This document shows positions 1 through 7,737 of a DNA stretch of 33,814 nucleotides, in pieces (positions within the stretch are counted from its first letter, which is position 1; every line of letters starts with the position of its first letter). This DNA comes from a virus (Duplodnaviria > Caudoviricetes), in IMG/VR virus record IMGVR_UViG_3300033996_001106, positions 1 to 33,814 of that record; one strand, given 5' to 3'. Below the pieces are notes generated by a model that did not search any database, was not told where the DNA came from, and saw only the letters and a program-made list of their open reading frames with translations. Both the position numbers and the translations under genes were made by a program.

Positions 1-140
1 CCCCCCCCCCGAATTAAGCCCTAACGAATTTCGCGCCTGGTTGTCTCGCACGGCGCCGCTTTTAGCAGACCTTCTGCCGCCCTCCCCGCCCGAAAAGTTT
101 TAACCGCGATCACGCGGTGAAAAAAGTTTTATCTTTTTTG

Positions 141-180
141 ATAACTAGGTATTGCTTCAATAAATATAACTAGGTATTGT
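141..180 (+). promoter_or_regulatory. Early-left promoter (PL-like) with two repressor operators
   Basis: TTGCTT (152-157), 17-bp spacer, TATTGT (175-180); identical near-palindromes ATAACTAGGTAT at 141-152 and 166-177, also found inverted at 33169-33180. Confidence 0.8.
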
Positions 181-228
181 TTCTCCCACGCCGCCGAACA
201 AACCAACCCGGCGCTTCAGGAGGATCAA

Positions 229-624
229 ATGCACTACGGACTTCAGCACCTAGTCGACGAAGACACCAATTTCTTTTCTGACCTGCCGTCACAGCACCAA
301 GCCGACGTGCTCGTCGAGTTCTACGAAGAACCCGACAACGTCAACGAAATGCTTTCGGCCCTCGAAAGCCCCAGCGCCAAAGACACCTTGGCCGTTGCCA
401 CCCGCGCCCAGCTGGTGCGCCTGCTTAACGAGGCGCTGCGCAAAGACCTGCGCCCCGGTGTTAGCGAAGACGCCAAAGCGGACGCCTTCCGCTCGCTCGG
501 CGAGCAGGTCGCGAATTGGGCCTACAACCACGCTGAACGCGCTTTGGACGAGCACATCGAGCTTCACTTCGACGACCTCGTGGGCTCCGAAGAAGACCGC
601 CGCATTAGCGCGCTGGAGGCCTAA
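229..624 (+). CDS. Acidic hypothetical protein, first early-left gene
   Basis: 131-aa ORF with AGGAGG RBS; about 28 D/E versus 11 K/R by hand count. Confidence 0.8.
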   Translation: MHYGLQHLVDEDTNFFSDLPSQHQADVLVEFYEEPDNVNEMLSALESPSAKDTLAVATRAQLVRLLNEALRKDLRPGVSEDAKADAFRSLGEQVANWAYNHAERALDEHIELHFDDLVGSEEDRRISALEA

Positions 625-828
625 ATGCGCCGCACCCGCCTCAACACCACCGCGCCCTTCGGGGCGTGCCTGATGGCCAAGCCGCGCAAGCGGCCCATGG
701 CCCGATATCGGCGCGACGACGCGCCCTTTGCGGCAGTCGTCGAGCTGGCCATCAGCGCCCTTGCTTACGGCGGCCTGATTTCTTTTGGCCTGCTCATGTG
801 GGACCAGCGCCACCTATTTATTGCCTAA
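625..828 (+). CDS. Small hypothetical membrane protein
   Basis: GGAGG RBS, abuts upstream stop; basic N-terminus and one C-terminal hydrophobic helix. Confidence 0.6.
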   Translation: MRRTRLNTTAPFGACLMAKPRKRPMARYRRDDAPFAAVVELAISALAYGGLISFGLLMWDQRHLFIA

Positions 829-865
829 CTAACGCGCAGCCCACAGGGCTGCCAAGGAGACGACC

Positions 866-1462
866 ATGGAACTTTCAAACGCTAACGCCCCGCTCTTCGC
901 CGCCCTCGCCGCCGCTCAGGCCGAGGTTGAAAACGCTATCAAAGGCAACGTCAACCCGCACTTCAAGTCGCGCTATGCCGACCTCGCCGAAGTGCTTAAC
1001 ACCGTGCGCCCGACGTTTGCCAAGCACGGCCTGAGCATTCTGCAGTCGACCGCCTTTGACGGCGTCAACGTCAGCGTGACCACCACGCTGGCTCACGCCG
1101 AGGGTGGCTGGGTCAGCAGCTGCGCCAGCTGCGTGCCGGCGCGTGTCGACGCTCAAGGCATTGGCGCGGCCACCACCTACCTACGCCGCTACGCGCTGGC
1201 CGCCATGGCCGGCGTGGCGCAGGAAGACGACGACGGCAACGCGGCGTCGCACCAGCAGCGCCCGGCACAAGAGTCCAAGCGCGAAGACGGCCTGCTGCCG
1301 GCCACGCTGGAGGTTGCCCAGCGGCAGCTCGACCGCTGCGAGGACATGGACGCCCTCGGCAAGGCCTGGGCAACCCTTCCGGCCAATGTGCGCAAGGCAC
1401 TTGGCGCCCACAAAGACAAATGTAAACAGCGCCTACAGGAGGCCTCGCATGCGGCTGCTTAA
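866..1462 (+). CDS. erf: ERF-family single-strand annealing recombinase
   Basis: NPHFKSRYADL and QGIGAATTYLRRYALAAMAGVAQEDDDGN motifs; AAGGAG RBS. Confidence 0.92.
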   Translation: MELSNANAPLFAALAAAQAEVENAIKGNVNPHFKSRYADLAEVLNTVRPTFAKHGLSILQSTAFDGVNVSVTTTLAHAEGGWVSSCASCVPARVDAQGIGAATTYLRRYALAAMAGVAQEDDDGNAASHQQRPAQESKREDGLLPATLEVAQRQLDRCEDMDALGKAWATLPANVRKALGAHKDKCKQRLQEASHAAA

Positions 1463-2105
1463 CGTCGAGCAGGGCACCTACGAGTGGAGGCGCGCCCGGC
1501 GGGGCGTGCCGACCGCCAGCCGCGCGGCCGACGTGGTCGCGCGCCTCAAGCCCTTGAAGGGCGAAGAAGTCGGCAGGCCGGCGCAGGTCCGCAAGGACTA
1601 CGCGCTGCAGCTGGCCTTCGAGCGCGTGACGCTCATGGAGTGGCCCGTGTACGTCAATCAGGCAATGCAGCGAGGAACCGACCTCGAGCCGCTGGCCCGC
1701 GACGAATACGAGGCGCGCAGCCAAACGATGGTTGAGGCCTTGGGCTTTGCCCTGCACGACCAGCTCGACGTCGGCGCCAGCCCGGACGGGCTGGTTGGTG
1801 ACGACGGGCTGGTCGAAATCAAGTGCCCCTACGAAATGGGCCGCGTGGCCCGCGTGTGGGCCACCGGCGACGTGTCGGACTACGAACACCAAGTGCAATG
1901 GCAGCTGTGGGTGCTGGGCCGCAGCTGGTGCGACGTCGTGGTCTACGACCCGCGCCTCGAGGACGTGGCCATGCACTTGTTCGTCAAGCGCATCCACGCA
2001 GACCCCGAAACCTTTGCGCTGTTCGAGCGCGAGGTGCCCCAATTTTTGGACGAAGTCGCGGCCCTCGAGGCCCAATTAACCGCAGAAAAGGAAAGACAGT
2101 TATGA
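1449..2105 (+). CDS. YqaJ/lambda-exonuclease family nuclease
   Basis: Start reassigned to ATG 1449 (MRLLNVEQGTYEWRRAR); TAS, MQRGTDLEP, GASPDGLV, EIKCP and QVQWQL motifs. Confidence 0.92.
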   Translation: MRLLNVEQGTYEWRRARRGVPTASRAADVVARLKPLKGEEVGRPAQVRKDYALQLAFERVTLMEWPVYVNQAMQRGTDLEPLARDEYEARSQTMVEALGFALHDQLDVGASPDGLVGDDGLVEIKCPYEMGRVARVWATGDVSDYEHQVQWQLWVLGRSWCDVVVYDPRLEDVAMHLFVKRIHADPETFALFEREVPQFLDEVAALEAQLTAEKERQL

Positions 2106-2518
2106 GTGACCTGAACCTAGTGGCCCTGACGGGCCGAATCGGGAAAGACCCCGAGGTGCGTTATACCGGCGGCGGCACGGCCGTCGCCAACACCCGCATG
2201 GCCGTGAGCCGGCGGCGCAAAGGCAAGGACGGCGAGCGCCAGGACGACACCACATGGGTGACCTTGGTGTTCTGGGACAAGCTGGCCGAGCTGGTGTCGA
2301 ACTACGTCAGCAAGGGAAGCCAAATTGCCGTTCGCGGCGAGCTGCAGGTGCGCCAGTGGGACGACAAGACGACCGGCGCCAAGCGCGAAGCGACAGAGGT
2401 GCGGGTGCACGACCTCACCCTACTGGGAGGCCGCGGGACGAGCTCGCAGGCTTCGGTGCCCGAAGGCGGCATGGCTCCGGCCATGGACGACTTCCAAGAC
2501 GACGACATTCCGTTCTGA
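2102..2518 (+). CDS. ssb: Single-stranded DNA-binding protein
   Basis: ATG 2102; LTGRIGKDPEVRYT OB-fold start; acidic DDDIPF tail. Confidence 0.95.
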   Translation: MSDLNLVALTGRIGKDPEVRYTGGGTAVANTRMAVSRRRKGKDGERQDDTTWVTLVFWDKLAELVSNYVSKGSQIAVRGELQVRQWDDKTTGAKREATEVRVHDLTLLGGRGTSSQASVPEGGMAPAMDDFQDDDIPF

Positions 2519-2520
2519 CC

Positions 2521-2733
2521 ATGCGCTGGGTATCTGTAACCGAAAACCTACCAAGCGACGACGGCGTCGTTTTGGTAGCCGCAGCCGGCGAGGCATGGGT
2601 TGGCTACCTCGAAGACAACCAATGGCGTGACCTCGACGCCATGCCGTTGCCGGGCGTGACCCATTGGAGCGAACTGCCGCAAGCGCCGGCCGGGACGACG
2701 CTGCGCATTGAGGACTCGTCGTGCCCACGGTAG
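2521..2733 (+). CDS. DUF551-like phage protein
   Basis: ATG 2521; WVSVTENLP...VLV...VTHWSELPQAP pattern. Confidence 0.7.
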   Translation: MRWVSVTENLPSDDGVVLVAAAGEAWVGYLEDNQWRDLDAMPLPGVTHWSELPQAPAGTTLRIEDSSCPR

Positions 2734-3266
2734 CCCTTAACGGCCTGAAGCCTGCCGCCGAGCTGGCCAAGGGCTGCGGCACGCGCCTGCAGTACCTTGC
2801 TGGCTGTCACTGCTACTTCTGCAGGACGGCCAATTCGGCGTATGAGCGCGAGCGCTTAGCCGCCCGCAAGCGTGGCGAATGGAACGGCCTGGTCGACGCC
2901 AGCGCCGCGCGTGAGCACCTGCTCAAGCTGCGCAAGAAGGGTGTTGGGCGTCGGGCGGTGCGGTTAGCGACCGACCTGAACCTGTCGGTGATCATCAAGA
3001 TTTATCAGGGGACGCGAACCAAGATTCGCGCCAGTACTGAGAAGAAAATCCTGGCGGTGACGCCGGCGTCGCGGCTAGATGGAGCGCATGTTTCGGCAAA
3101 GCAAACGTGGCGCCGGCTTGACCAGCTGCTGGACGAAGGCTTTACCAAAACGAGGCTGGCCCGCGAACTGGGTTTCAAGTCGCCCAAAATTGCTATCGGC
3201 AAAAACAAATGCACGGTCGAAATGGCCGGGCGGGTGGAGAGGTTATGGAACAGCTACATGCGCTGA
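2721..3266 (+). CDS. Putative Zn-binding, tandem-HTH DNA-binding protein
   Basis: CGTRLQYLAGCHCYFCR Cys cluster followed by two HTH-like segments; very basic. Confidence 0.7.
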   Translation: MPTVALNGLKPAAELAKGCGTRLQYLAGCHCYFCRTANSAYERERLAARKRGEWNGLVDASAAREHLLKLRKKGVGRRAVRLATDLNLSVIIKIYQGTRTKIRASTEKKILAVTPASRLDGAHVSAKQTWRRLDQLLDEGFTKTRLARELGFKSPKIAIGKNKCTVEMAGRVERLWNSYMR

Positions 3267-3472
3267 TGCTCCGCTGCCGGCAGGAATACATGGGTGCGGA
3301 CTACCTGCCGAACCAAGTCCGCGACGACATAGCCAGCCTGATGCTGGCCTTGCAGGAGTCGCAAGTGGCCTTGCAGGACTCGCAGGAGCGCGTGAACCGC
3401 GCCATCGACGTGGCGGACGCCCTGCGCCGCGCGATTGCCGAGGCCAAGCAACAAATGAATGAGGACTGGTAA
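3245..3472 (+). CDS. Hypothetical coiled-coil protein
   Basis: ATG 3245 after GGAGAGG RBS; coupled to neighbouring genes. Confidence 0.65.
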   Translation: MEQLHALMLRCRQEYMGADYLPNQVRDDIASLMLALQESQVALQDSQERVNRAIDVADALRRAIAEAKQQMNEDW

Positions 3473-3726
3473 TGAACAGAGACACATGCGGAACATGCTT
3501 TGCGCCCTCTGATCTATGTAAATGCACCGAGACGCACAACACGCTAGTGCGTCTGTCAAATACACACCAGCAGTTGGATGCGGCGCTGGCCGAGAAGTCG
3601 GAAGAGTACGAGTTGATTGGTCAAATGTTCGGGACATACGGCGGGCGGTGGGTTTTCATCCCCGACAACAAACACATGGCTTGGCCGGAAGGGACGGCGG
3701 TGTATGTGCGGAGGCGCCAAGCATGA
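3472..3726 (+). CDS. Hypothetical protein with N-terminal CxxC-x6-CxC
   Basis: TAATG coupling, GAGG RBS. Confidence 0.65.
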   Translation: MNRDTCGTCFAPSDLCKCTETHNTLVRLSNTHQQLDAALAEKSEEYELIGQMFGTYGGRWVFIPDNKHMAWPEGTAVYVRRRQA

Positions 3727-4037
3727 ACGCCCAGCGCGTTGTGCAAGACGCCCACTACATGCTGGACAAGACCTACGACCGCATCGGCTTGGCTCGGGAG
3801 TCCCCGTTAGCCCGCTGGGTCATTGAATGGGTTCTGTCGGCAAAACCCGAACACCGGTCAAGCAAGCGACTGGCCCTATCGTCGCCGTTCTACAAAGAGG
3901 GGACGCGGCAAATGATCGTGCGACTTGCCCAGGACGGCTGGCTGGTGCGAAAACAGTCAGCCGAGGACGGGCGGAAAATGGAAGTCTGGCCCAGCAGCAA
4001 GCTGTTGGAAATTCTGGAGGGCGCGGCCCATGACTGA
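3723..4037 (+). CDS. MarR-like winged-helix protein
   Basis: ATG 3723 (ATGA overlap); LAQDGWLVRKQSAEDGRKMEVWPS wing containing DGR. Confidence 0.7.
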   Translation: MNAQRVVQDAHYMLDKTYDRIGLARESPLARWVIEWVLSAKPEHRSSKRLALSSPFYKEGTRQMIVRLAQDGWLVRKQSAEDGRKMEVWPSSKLLEILEGAAHD

Positions 4038-4443
4038 TGAACTGGAAATAATGAAAGCGATCATTTCGTTTCAATTTGCGAAATCAGCCGCGCTGCGTGC
4101 CGAGAAACTCGAAAGCTACAAGCTATGGCATGCCGAAAAAGCCCTAGAAAAAAAGCAAAAAGCCCAAGATTCAGAAGAAAAAACTCAAGAAGCATTGGCG
4201 CTTGCCAAAAATAAACATGCTGTAGCGAAAAAAGCAAAAGAAACGGCGTCGAAAGCATGCGCAGACGCATATTTGGAATGGGCAGAGGCGAAAGAAGCAA
4301 GGGCCGAATTTGAGGCCAAAACATTTGAATTGCTTAAAGCATTAGAAGGCCTGAACGTCAATCTGCCTTTAAAATCATTGGAAGACGGGGGTGTTAGTAG
4401 TGAAGAAATAGTTCGACTGATTTTGGAGACCTTCAATGACTGA
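4030..4443 (+). CDS. AT-rich hypothetical coiled-coil protein
   Basis: ATG 4030 after GGAGG; K/E/A-rich helical sequence; visibly lower GC than flanks. Confidence 0.7.
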   Translation: MTDELEIMKAIISFQFAKSAALRAEKLESYKLWHAEKALEKKQKAQDSEEKTQEALALAKNKHAVAKKAKETASKACADAYLEWAEAKEARAEFEAKTFELLKALEGLNVNLPLKSLEDGGVSSEEIVRLILETFND

Positions 4444-4804
4444 ACTACTCACAGCCCAAGAAGTGGCGGCGCGTTGGAAATGCGCCCCGCGAATGGTTCA
4501 CCGACTGGTCGACGCTGGCCGGCTGACGGCCATTCTACTGGGCACCGGCGCCCGCAGCCGGCGGTTCGACCCGGCTGAGATCGCGCGCTACATAAACGAT
4601 GCAGGGAGGGAAGCATGCCAATCACGAAACGCGGCACCAAATGGCGGCTTCGTCTACAAGAAAACGGACGACGTATTAGCCTCACTTTTAGCACCAAAGC
4701 GCTCGCGCTCGAAGCCGAGCGAAAAGTCCTTGAGGACGTCCAGCGCGAGCGCGCGGGCCTCCGGCCAAATCGTTCGCTTGCCGACGCTCTCGCGGAATAC
4801 CTGA
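4436..4804 (+). CDS. xis: Excisionase (HTH_17-like) with basic C-terminal extension
   Basis: LLTAQEVAARWKCAPRMVHRLVDAGRL; GGAG RBS; immediately upstream of and overlapping the integrase. Confidence 0.8.
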   Translation: MTELLTAQEVAARWKCAPRMVHRLVDAGRLTAILLGTGARSRRFDPAEIARYINDAGREACQSRNAAPNGGFVYKKTDDVLASLLAPKRSRSKPSEKSLRTSSASARASGQIVRLPTLSRNT

Positions 4805-5565
4805 CGACCGAGGCCGTCGGGCTCAAGGCCCAGTCGAGCCTGCTGAGTAAGGCCAGGCTCATTCGCGAACACCTGAACCGTCCGATCGACCGCATTGCCG
4901 ACGCGGCCGCCGACATTATTCGGGCCGGCGAAGGCCTCACGCCTGCCACCATAAACCGCCGGCTGGCGCTTCTGAGACGCTTGGGCAACCTCTGCCACCA
5001 GTGGGGCTGGTCGGACAGCAAGCTGGGCTCGCGGGTTCGCCTGCTGCGAGAACAGCAGGAACGGCACGTCTACCTCAGCCTCGAGGACGTCGCGCAGCTG
5101 GTCGAGGCGTTGCAAACGGAAGGCGCAAAGGACGCGGTGTGGCTGGCCGCCTGTACCGGCCTGCGCAAGTCCGAGCTCTTCAGCCTCACCAAGAAGAACT
5201 GGCGCGACGGCGCCCTGTGGCTGCCGACCTCGAAGTCGGGCCGGCCCCGGCTGGTCCCGGTGCCCGAGGACGCGGCCCACATTTGCGAGCGGCTGCCGCT
5301 GCGGACGAACGAACACCTTCTGCGCCACGACTTCGTGCGCGCCCGCGAGCTCTGCGGCATGCCTCACATTCGTTTTCACGACTTGAGACACACCTACGCC
5401 AGCTGGGCGGTGGCCGCCGGCGTCGATATTCGCGTGCTCAAGGAGCTCATGGGCCACTCGACCATGCAAATGACCAGCAGGTATGCGCACCTGCAAGACT
5501 CCGCCCTGGTCGCGGCCACCCAGAATATGGTGGCCCACAGGTGGCCCAAGAAAAAAGAGGGTTAA
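4615..5565 (+). CDS. int: Tyrosine integrase
   Basis: TGLRKSEL, SKSG, HDLRHT, MGHS and TSRYAH catalytic motifs; N-terminal arm-binding-like domain; GGGAGG RBS. Confidence 0.96.
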   Translation: MPITKRGTKWRLRLQENGRRISLTFSTKALALEAERKVLEDVQRERAGLRPNRSLADALAEYLTTEAVGLKAQSSLLSKARLIREHLNRPIDRIADAAADIIRAGEGLTPATINRRLALLRRLGNLCHQWGWSDSKLGSRVRLLREQQERHVYLSLEDVAQLVEALQTEGAKDAVWLAACTGLRKSELFSLTKKNWRDGALWLPTSKSGRPRLVPVPEDAAHICERLPLRTNEHLLRHDFVRARELCGMPHIRFHDLRHTYASWAVAAGVDIRVLKELMGHSTMQMTSRYAHLQDSALVAATQNMVAHRWPKKKEG

Positions 5566-5755
5566 CCGCCTCCGCCCTCTAACTTGTTGTTTTATTTGGT
5601 GCCCGGGACCGGAATCGAACCGGTACAACCAAAGGTCGAGGGATTTTAAGTTCGATTCAGCCGATGCGCCCTAATGAAAACAATGACTTATGGTGCATTT
5701 AGAGGCCATTTTTCCTGCTTTTGCCAGTTCGGTGGCCCCAAAATGGCCCAAGAAA
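5529..5755. other. attP: tRNA-derived core flanked by IHF-like sites and arm-type repeats
   Basis: Imperfect direct repeat GGTGGCCCACAGGTGGCCCAAGAAA (5529-5553) / GGTGGCCCCAAAATGGCCCAAGAAA (5731-5755); IHF-like AAACAAnnnnTTA at 5580-5592 (-) and 5678-5690 (+). Confidence 0.85.
5597..5651 (-). pseudogene. 3' half of tRNA-Leu(TAA) (attP core), not a complete tRNA
   Basis: Minus strand ACTTAAAATCCCTCGACCTTTGGTTGTACCGGTTCGATTCCGGTCCCGGGCACCA gives anticodon loop, long variable arm, T-arm and CCA; no 5' acceptor strand or D-arm. Confidence 0.9.
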
Positions 5756-5770
5756 TTTGGCACGATCGCG

Positions 5771-5956
5771 CTAGTTTTCAGCACCTCTCACGGTGTGCAG
5801 GTCAGGCGGAATTCCGGCGCAATTTACGCACTCAACCGAGCCGTCGGCGTACAGCCGCCACAGCCCGCTGCCGCAGTCGCAGGCATAAAGCTCGACATAT
5901 CCCTCCGGCGGCTCTTTCGCTTTACGTCGCGCATCGAGGTCGACCACGTCATTCAT
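5771..5956 (-). CDS. Small Zn-ribbon protein (CxC...CxxC)
   Basis: 61 aa; ATGA-coupled to the phosphoesterase; CDCGSGLWRLYADGSVECVNC. Confidence 0.7.
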   Translation of the reverse strand: MNDVVDLDARRKAKEPPEGYVELYACDCGSGLWRLYADGSVECVNCAGIPPDLHTVRGAEN

Positions 5957-7092
5957 GCTGCCCCCACTGCGTCCAAAAACGCGATGCCGTCTTCGGGGTG
6001 TTCAAAGTTGTAGTGGCGACTGGTCGCCGGCAGGAACACGGTCATTATGCTGGCGCCGGACTGCTGGGGCATGAACCCGAGCTTCTCGGCGTAGTCGTCG
6101 AGGTACTTGTAGCCTCTGGCCCGAACCAGCGAATAGGTGAACCCGCGCTGGCTGCTTTCCTCTTTGTGTATGGCCCAGTTGTGCAGGTGGCCGCAAACGT
6201 ACAGGTCGGCCTCCTCGCGCATTGAGGCCGCCTTCTGCGGGCCGTGCAGGCTGTTCCACTGCGAGTGGCCGGGGAAGTTATGCGCTGCCCACAGCTTGAA
6301 CTCGGCACCACCAGGGCAGGCCAGCACGAACTGCGCGCCCCAGTCTTCCATAACGATTTTGCGGCCGCCCATTTCGCGCAGCCATTCGGTGCTGGTCATG
6401 CCGGCCCATGCGTCGTGGTTGCCAAACAGCCACACCAGCCAGCGAATGCCGGAGTTTTTGCAGAACCAGCGGGCCAGCTTGTGTGAGGTTGCGACGCTCT
6501 GGTCGCTCTGCGCGTACAGGCTCATGAGGCGCGAGCCGTTGGGCCAGTTGTCGAGGGTGTCGCCAATGTTGACCGAATAAACGCGCGGGTGGCGCGCGAG
6601 CTGCGCGTGCGCTTTCAGCAGCGGCCAGTTGGTGCCGTTGTTGTCGAGGTGCGGGTCGCCCCACCACAGCACCGCGAACGGCTGGTCGTCGGGCATTTCA
6701 ATGCGAAACCACTTCTTGCTGGCCTTGTGCTCGGCCCGCTTCTCGTAGCGCCGGCACATGAGGTCGATGATTTCGGACTCGGCAATGTCGTCGTCGGGGA
6801 AGTCCGGCAGCTTGGGCTCCGGGGTTTCCGCCTGCTCTAGTCGCATGATGCGCTTGCTCGACTCGGCCACCCGCAGCTTCTGGCGGTTGAACTGCAGGTG
6901 CAGCCCGTCGCCATATCTGTGCTGGGCGCTTTGGATGCGATGCTCGATAGCCTTCACGTTCATGCCCAGCGCCCCGGCGGCGTGGCGCACCGCAGAAGGC
7001 CGACCGTTCACGACGTACCCTTTTTTGACTGCTTCGTCGACGGCCTGAACGGCCTTGAAGCATTCTTCTCTGCTCAGCGCTGGCGTTGGCAT
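5953..7092 (-). CDS. Calcineurin-like metallophosphoesterase with N-terminal HTH-like region
   Basis: GDPH, GDTLDN, GNHD, AH and GHLH motifs in canonical order; GGAGG RBS. Confidence 0.85.
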   Translation of the reverse strand: MPTPALSREECFKAVQAVDEAVKKGYVVNGRPSAVRHAAGALGMNVKAIEHRIQSAQHRYGDGLHLQFNRQKLRVAESSKRIMRLEQAETPEPKLPDFPDDDIAESEIIDLMCRRYEKRAEHKASKKWFRIEMPDDQPFAVLWWGDPHLDNNGTNWPLLKAHAQLARHPRVYSVNIGDTLDNWPNGSRLMSLYAQSDQSVATSHKLARWFCKNSGIRWLVWLFGNHDAWAGMTSTEWLREMGGRKIVMEDWGAQFVLACPGGAEFKLWAAHNFPGHSQWNSLHGPQKAASMREEADLYVCGHLHNWAIHKEESSQRGFTYSLVRARGYKYLDDYAEKLGFMPQQSGASIMTVFLPATSRHYNFEHPEDGIAFLDAVGAA

Positions 7093-7114
7093 TGCAGCCT
7101 CCGTCGTTAGAAAT

Positions 7115-7522
7115 TCACTTCTTCAGCTTCTCGAACGTGCGCAAACCACCGAGGCCAAGCATGCCCAGCAGAATGGGCATCATTTCCGACATGTCGGCTG
7201 GGCCAATGTTAAGCGGGTGGCCGGCTATGTCACATAACAGGCGAGCCACCGGCAGGCCGATGAAGTTGTACGCGAAGGCGGCGCCGCAGACCCAGCCAAT
7301 GAACGGGCGCCAACGAGCCTGAAACGGATCGTCGCTGCCGGCGTCCTTAGCCAGAATTTCTGCCTGCTGCCGGCGGGCCTCAAGCTCGGCGTCGATTTGC
7401 TTGAACTCACCCGCCTGCTGCAGTTCGGCAATGGCCTGCGCAGCGGCGGCCCTCTGTGCCGGGTCGGGCCAGACGCGGTCGATAACTTTTCCGAACAGGC
7501 CCGCAATGAGGTCGCCCATCAT
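7115..7522 (-). CDS. Holin (GTA-type 3TM family)
   Basis: Start 7522 (MMGDLIAG); RWRPFIGWVCG and LGMLGLGGLRTFEK motifs. Confidence 0.82.
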   Translation of the reverse strand: MMGDLIAGLFGKVIDRVWPDPAQRAAAAQAIAELQQAGEFKQIDAELEARRQQAEILAKDAGSDDPFQARWRPFIGWVCGAAFAYNFIGLPVARLLCDIAGHPLNIGPADMSEMMPILLGMLGLGGLRTFEKLKK

Positions 7523-7737
7523 TTGATGACGCCCAGGGCCAACGCGACCTTGGTAATGATTGCGCCCGCCATGCCGGCGCAGCCGGCGACCGCCATCAGG
7601 GTTTTCCAACCGCCGCGCGCTTCGGCCAGCGTGGTGAGAATGGATCTGACGTCCGTACGCAGTTCGGCAATCTCGCGCTGGAGGCTGGCAATCTCGGCGT
7701 CATGACGCCCCACGTCACGGTGCAGCTCGTCGTTCAT
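7519..7737 (-). CDS. Coiled-coil plus single-TM lysis-cassette protein (holin/antiholin-like)
   Basis: ATG 7737 overlapping the endolysin stop; heptad N-terminus, GGWKTLMAVAG TM helix. Confidence 0.7.
   Translation of the reverse strand: MNDELHRDVGRHDAEIASLQREIAELRTDVRSILTTLAEARGGWKTLMAVAGCAGMAGAIITKVALALGVIK

Noticed and set aside
1-10. Poly-C tract as a phase-variation switch
   Set aside because: It lies at the sequence edge with no credible ORF spanning it; more simply an assembly break point
5597-5651. Functional phage tRNA-Leu gene
   Set aside because: Only the 3' half is present; similarity stops at the anticodon loop, as expected for an att core
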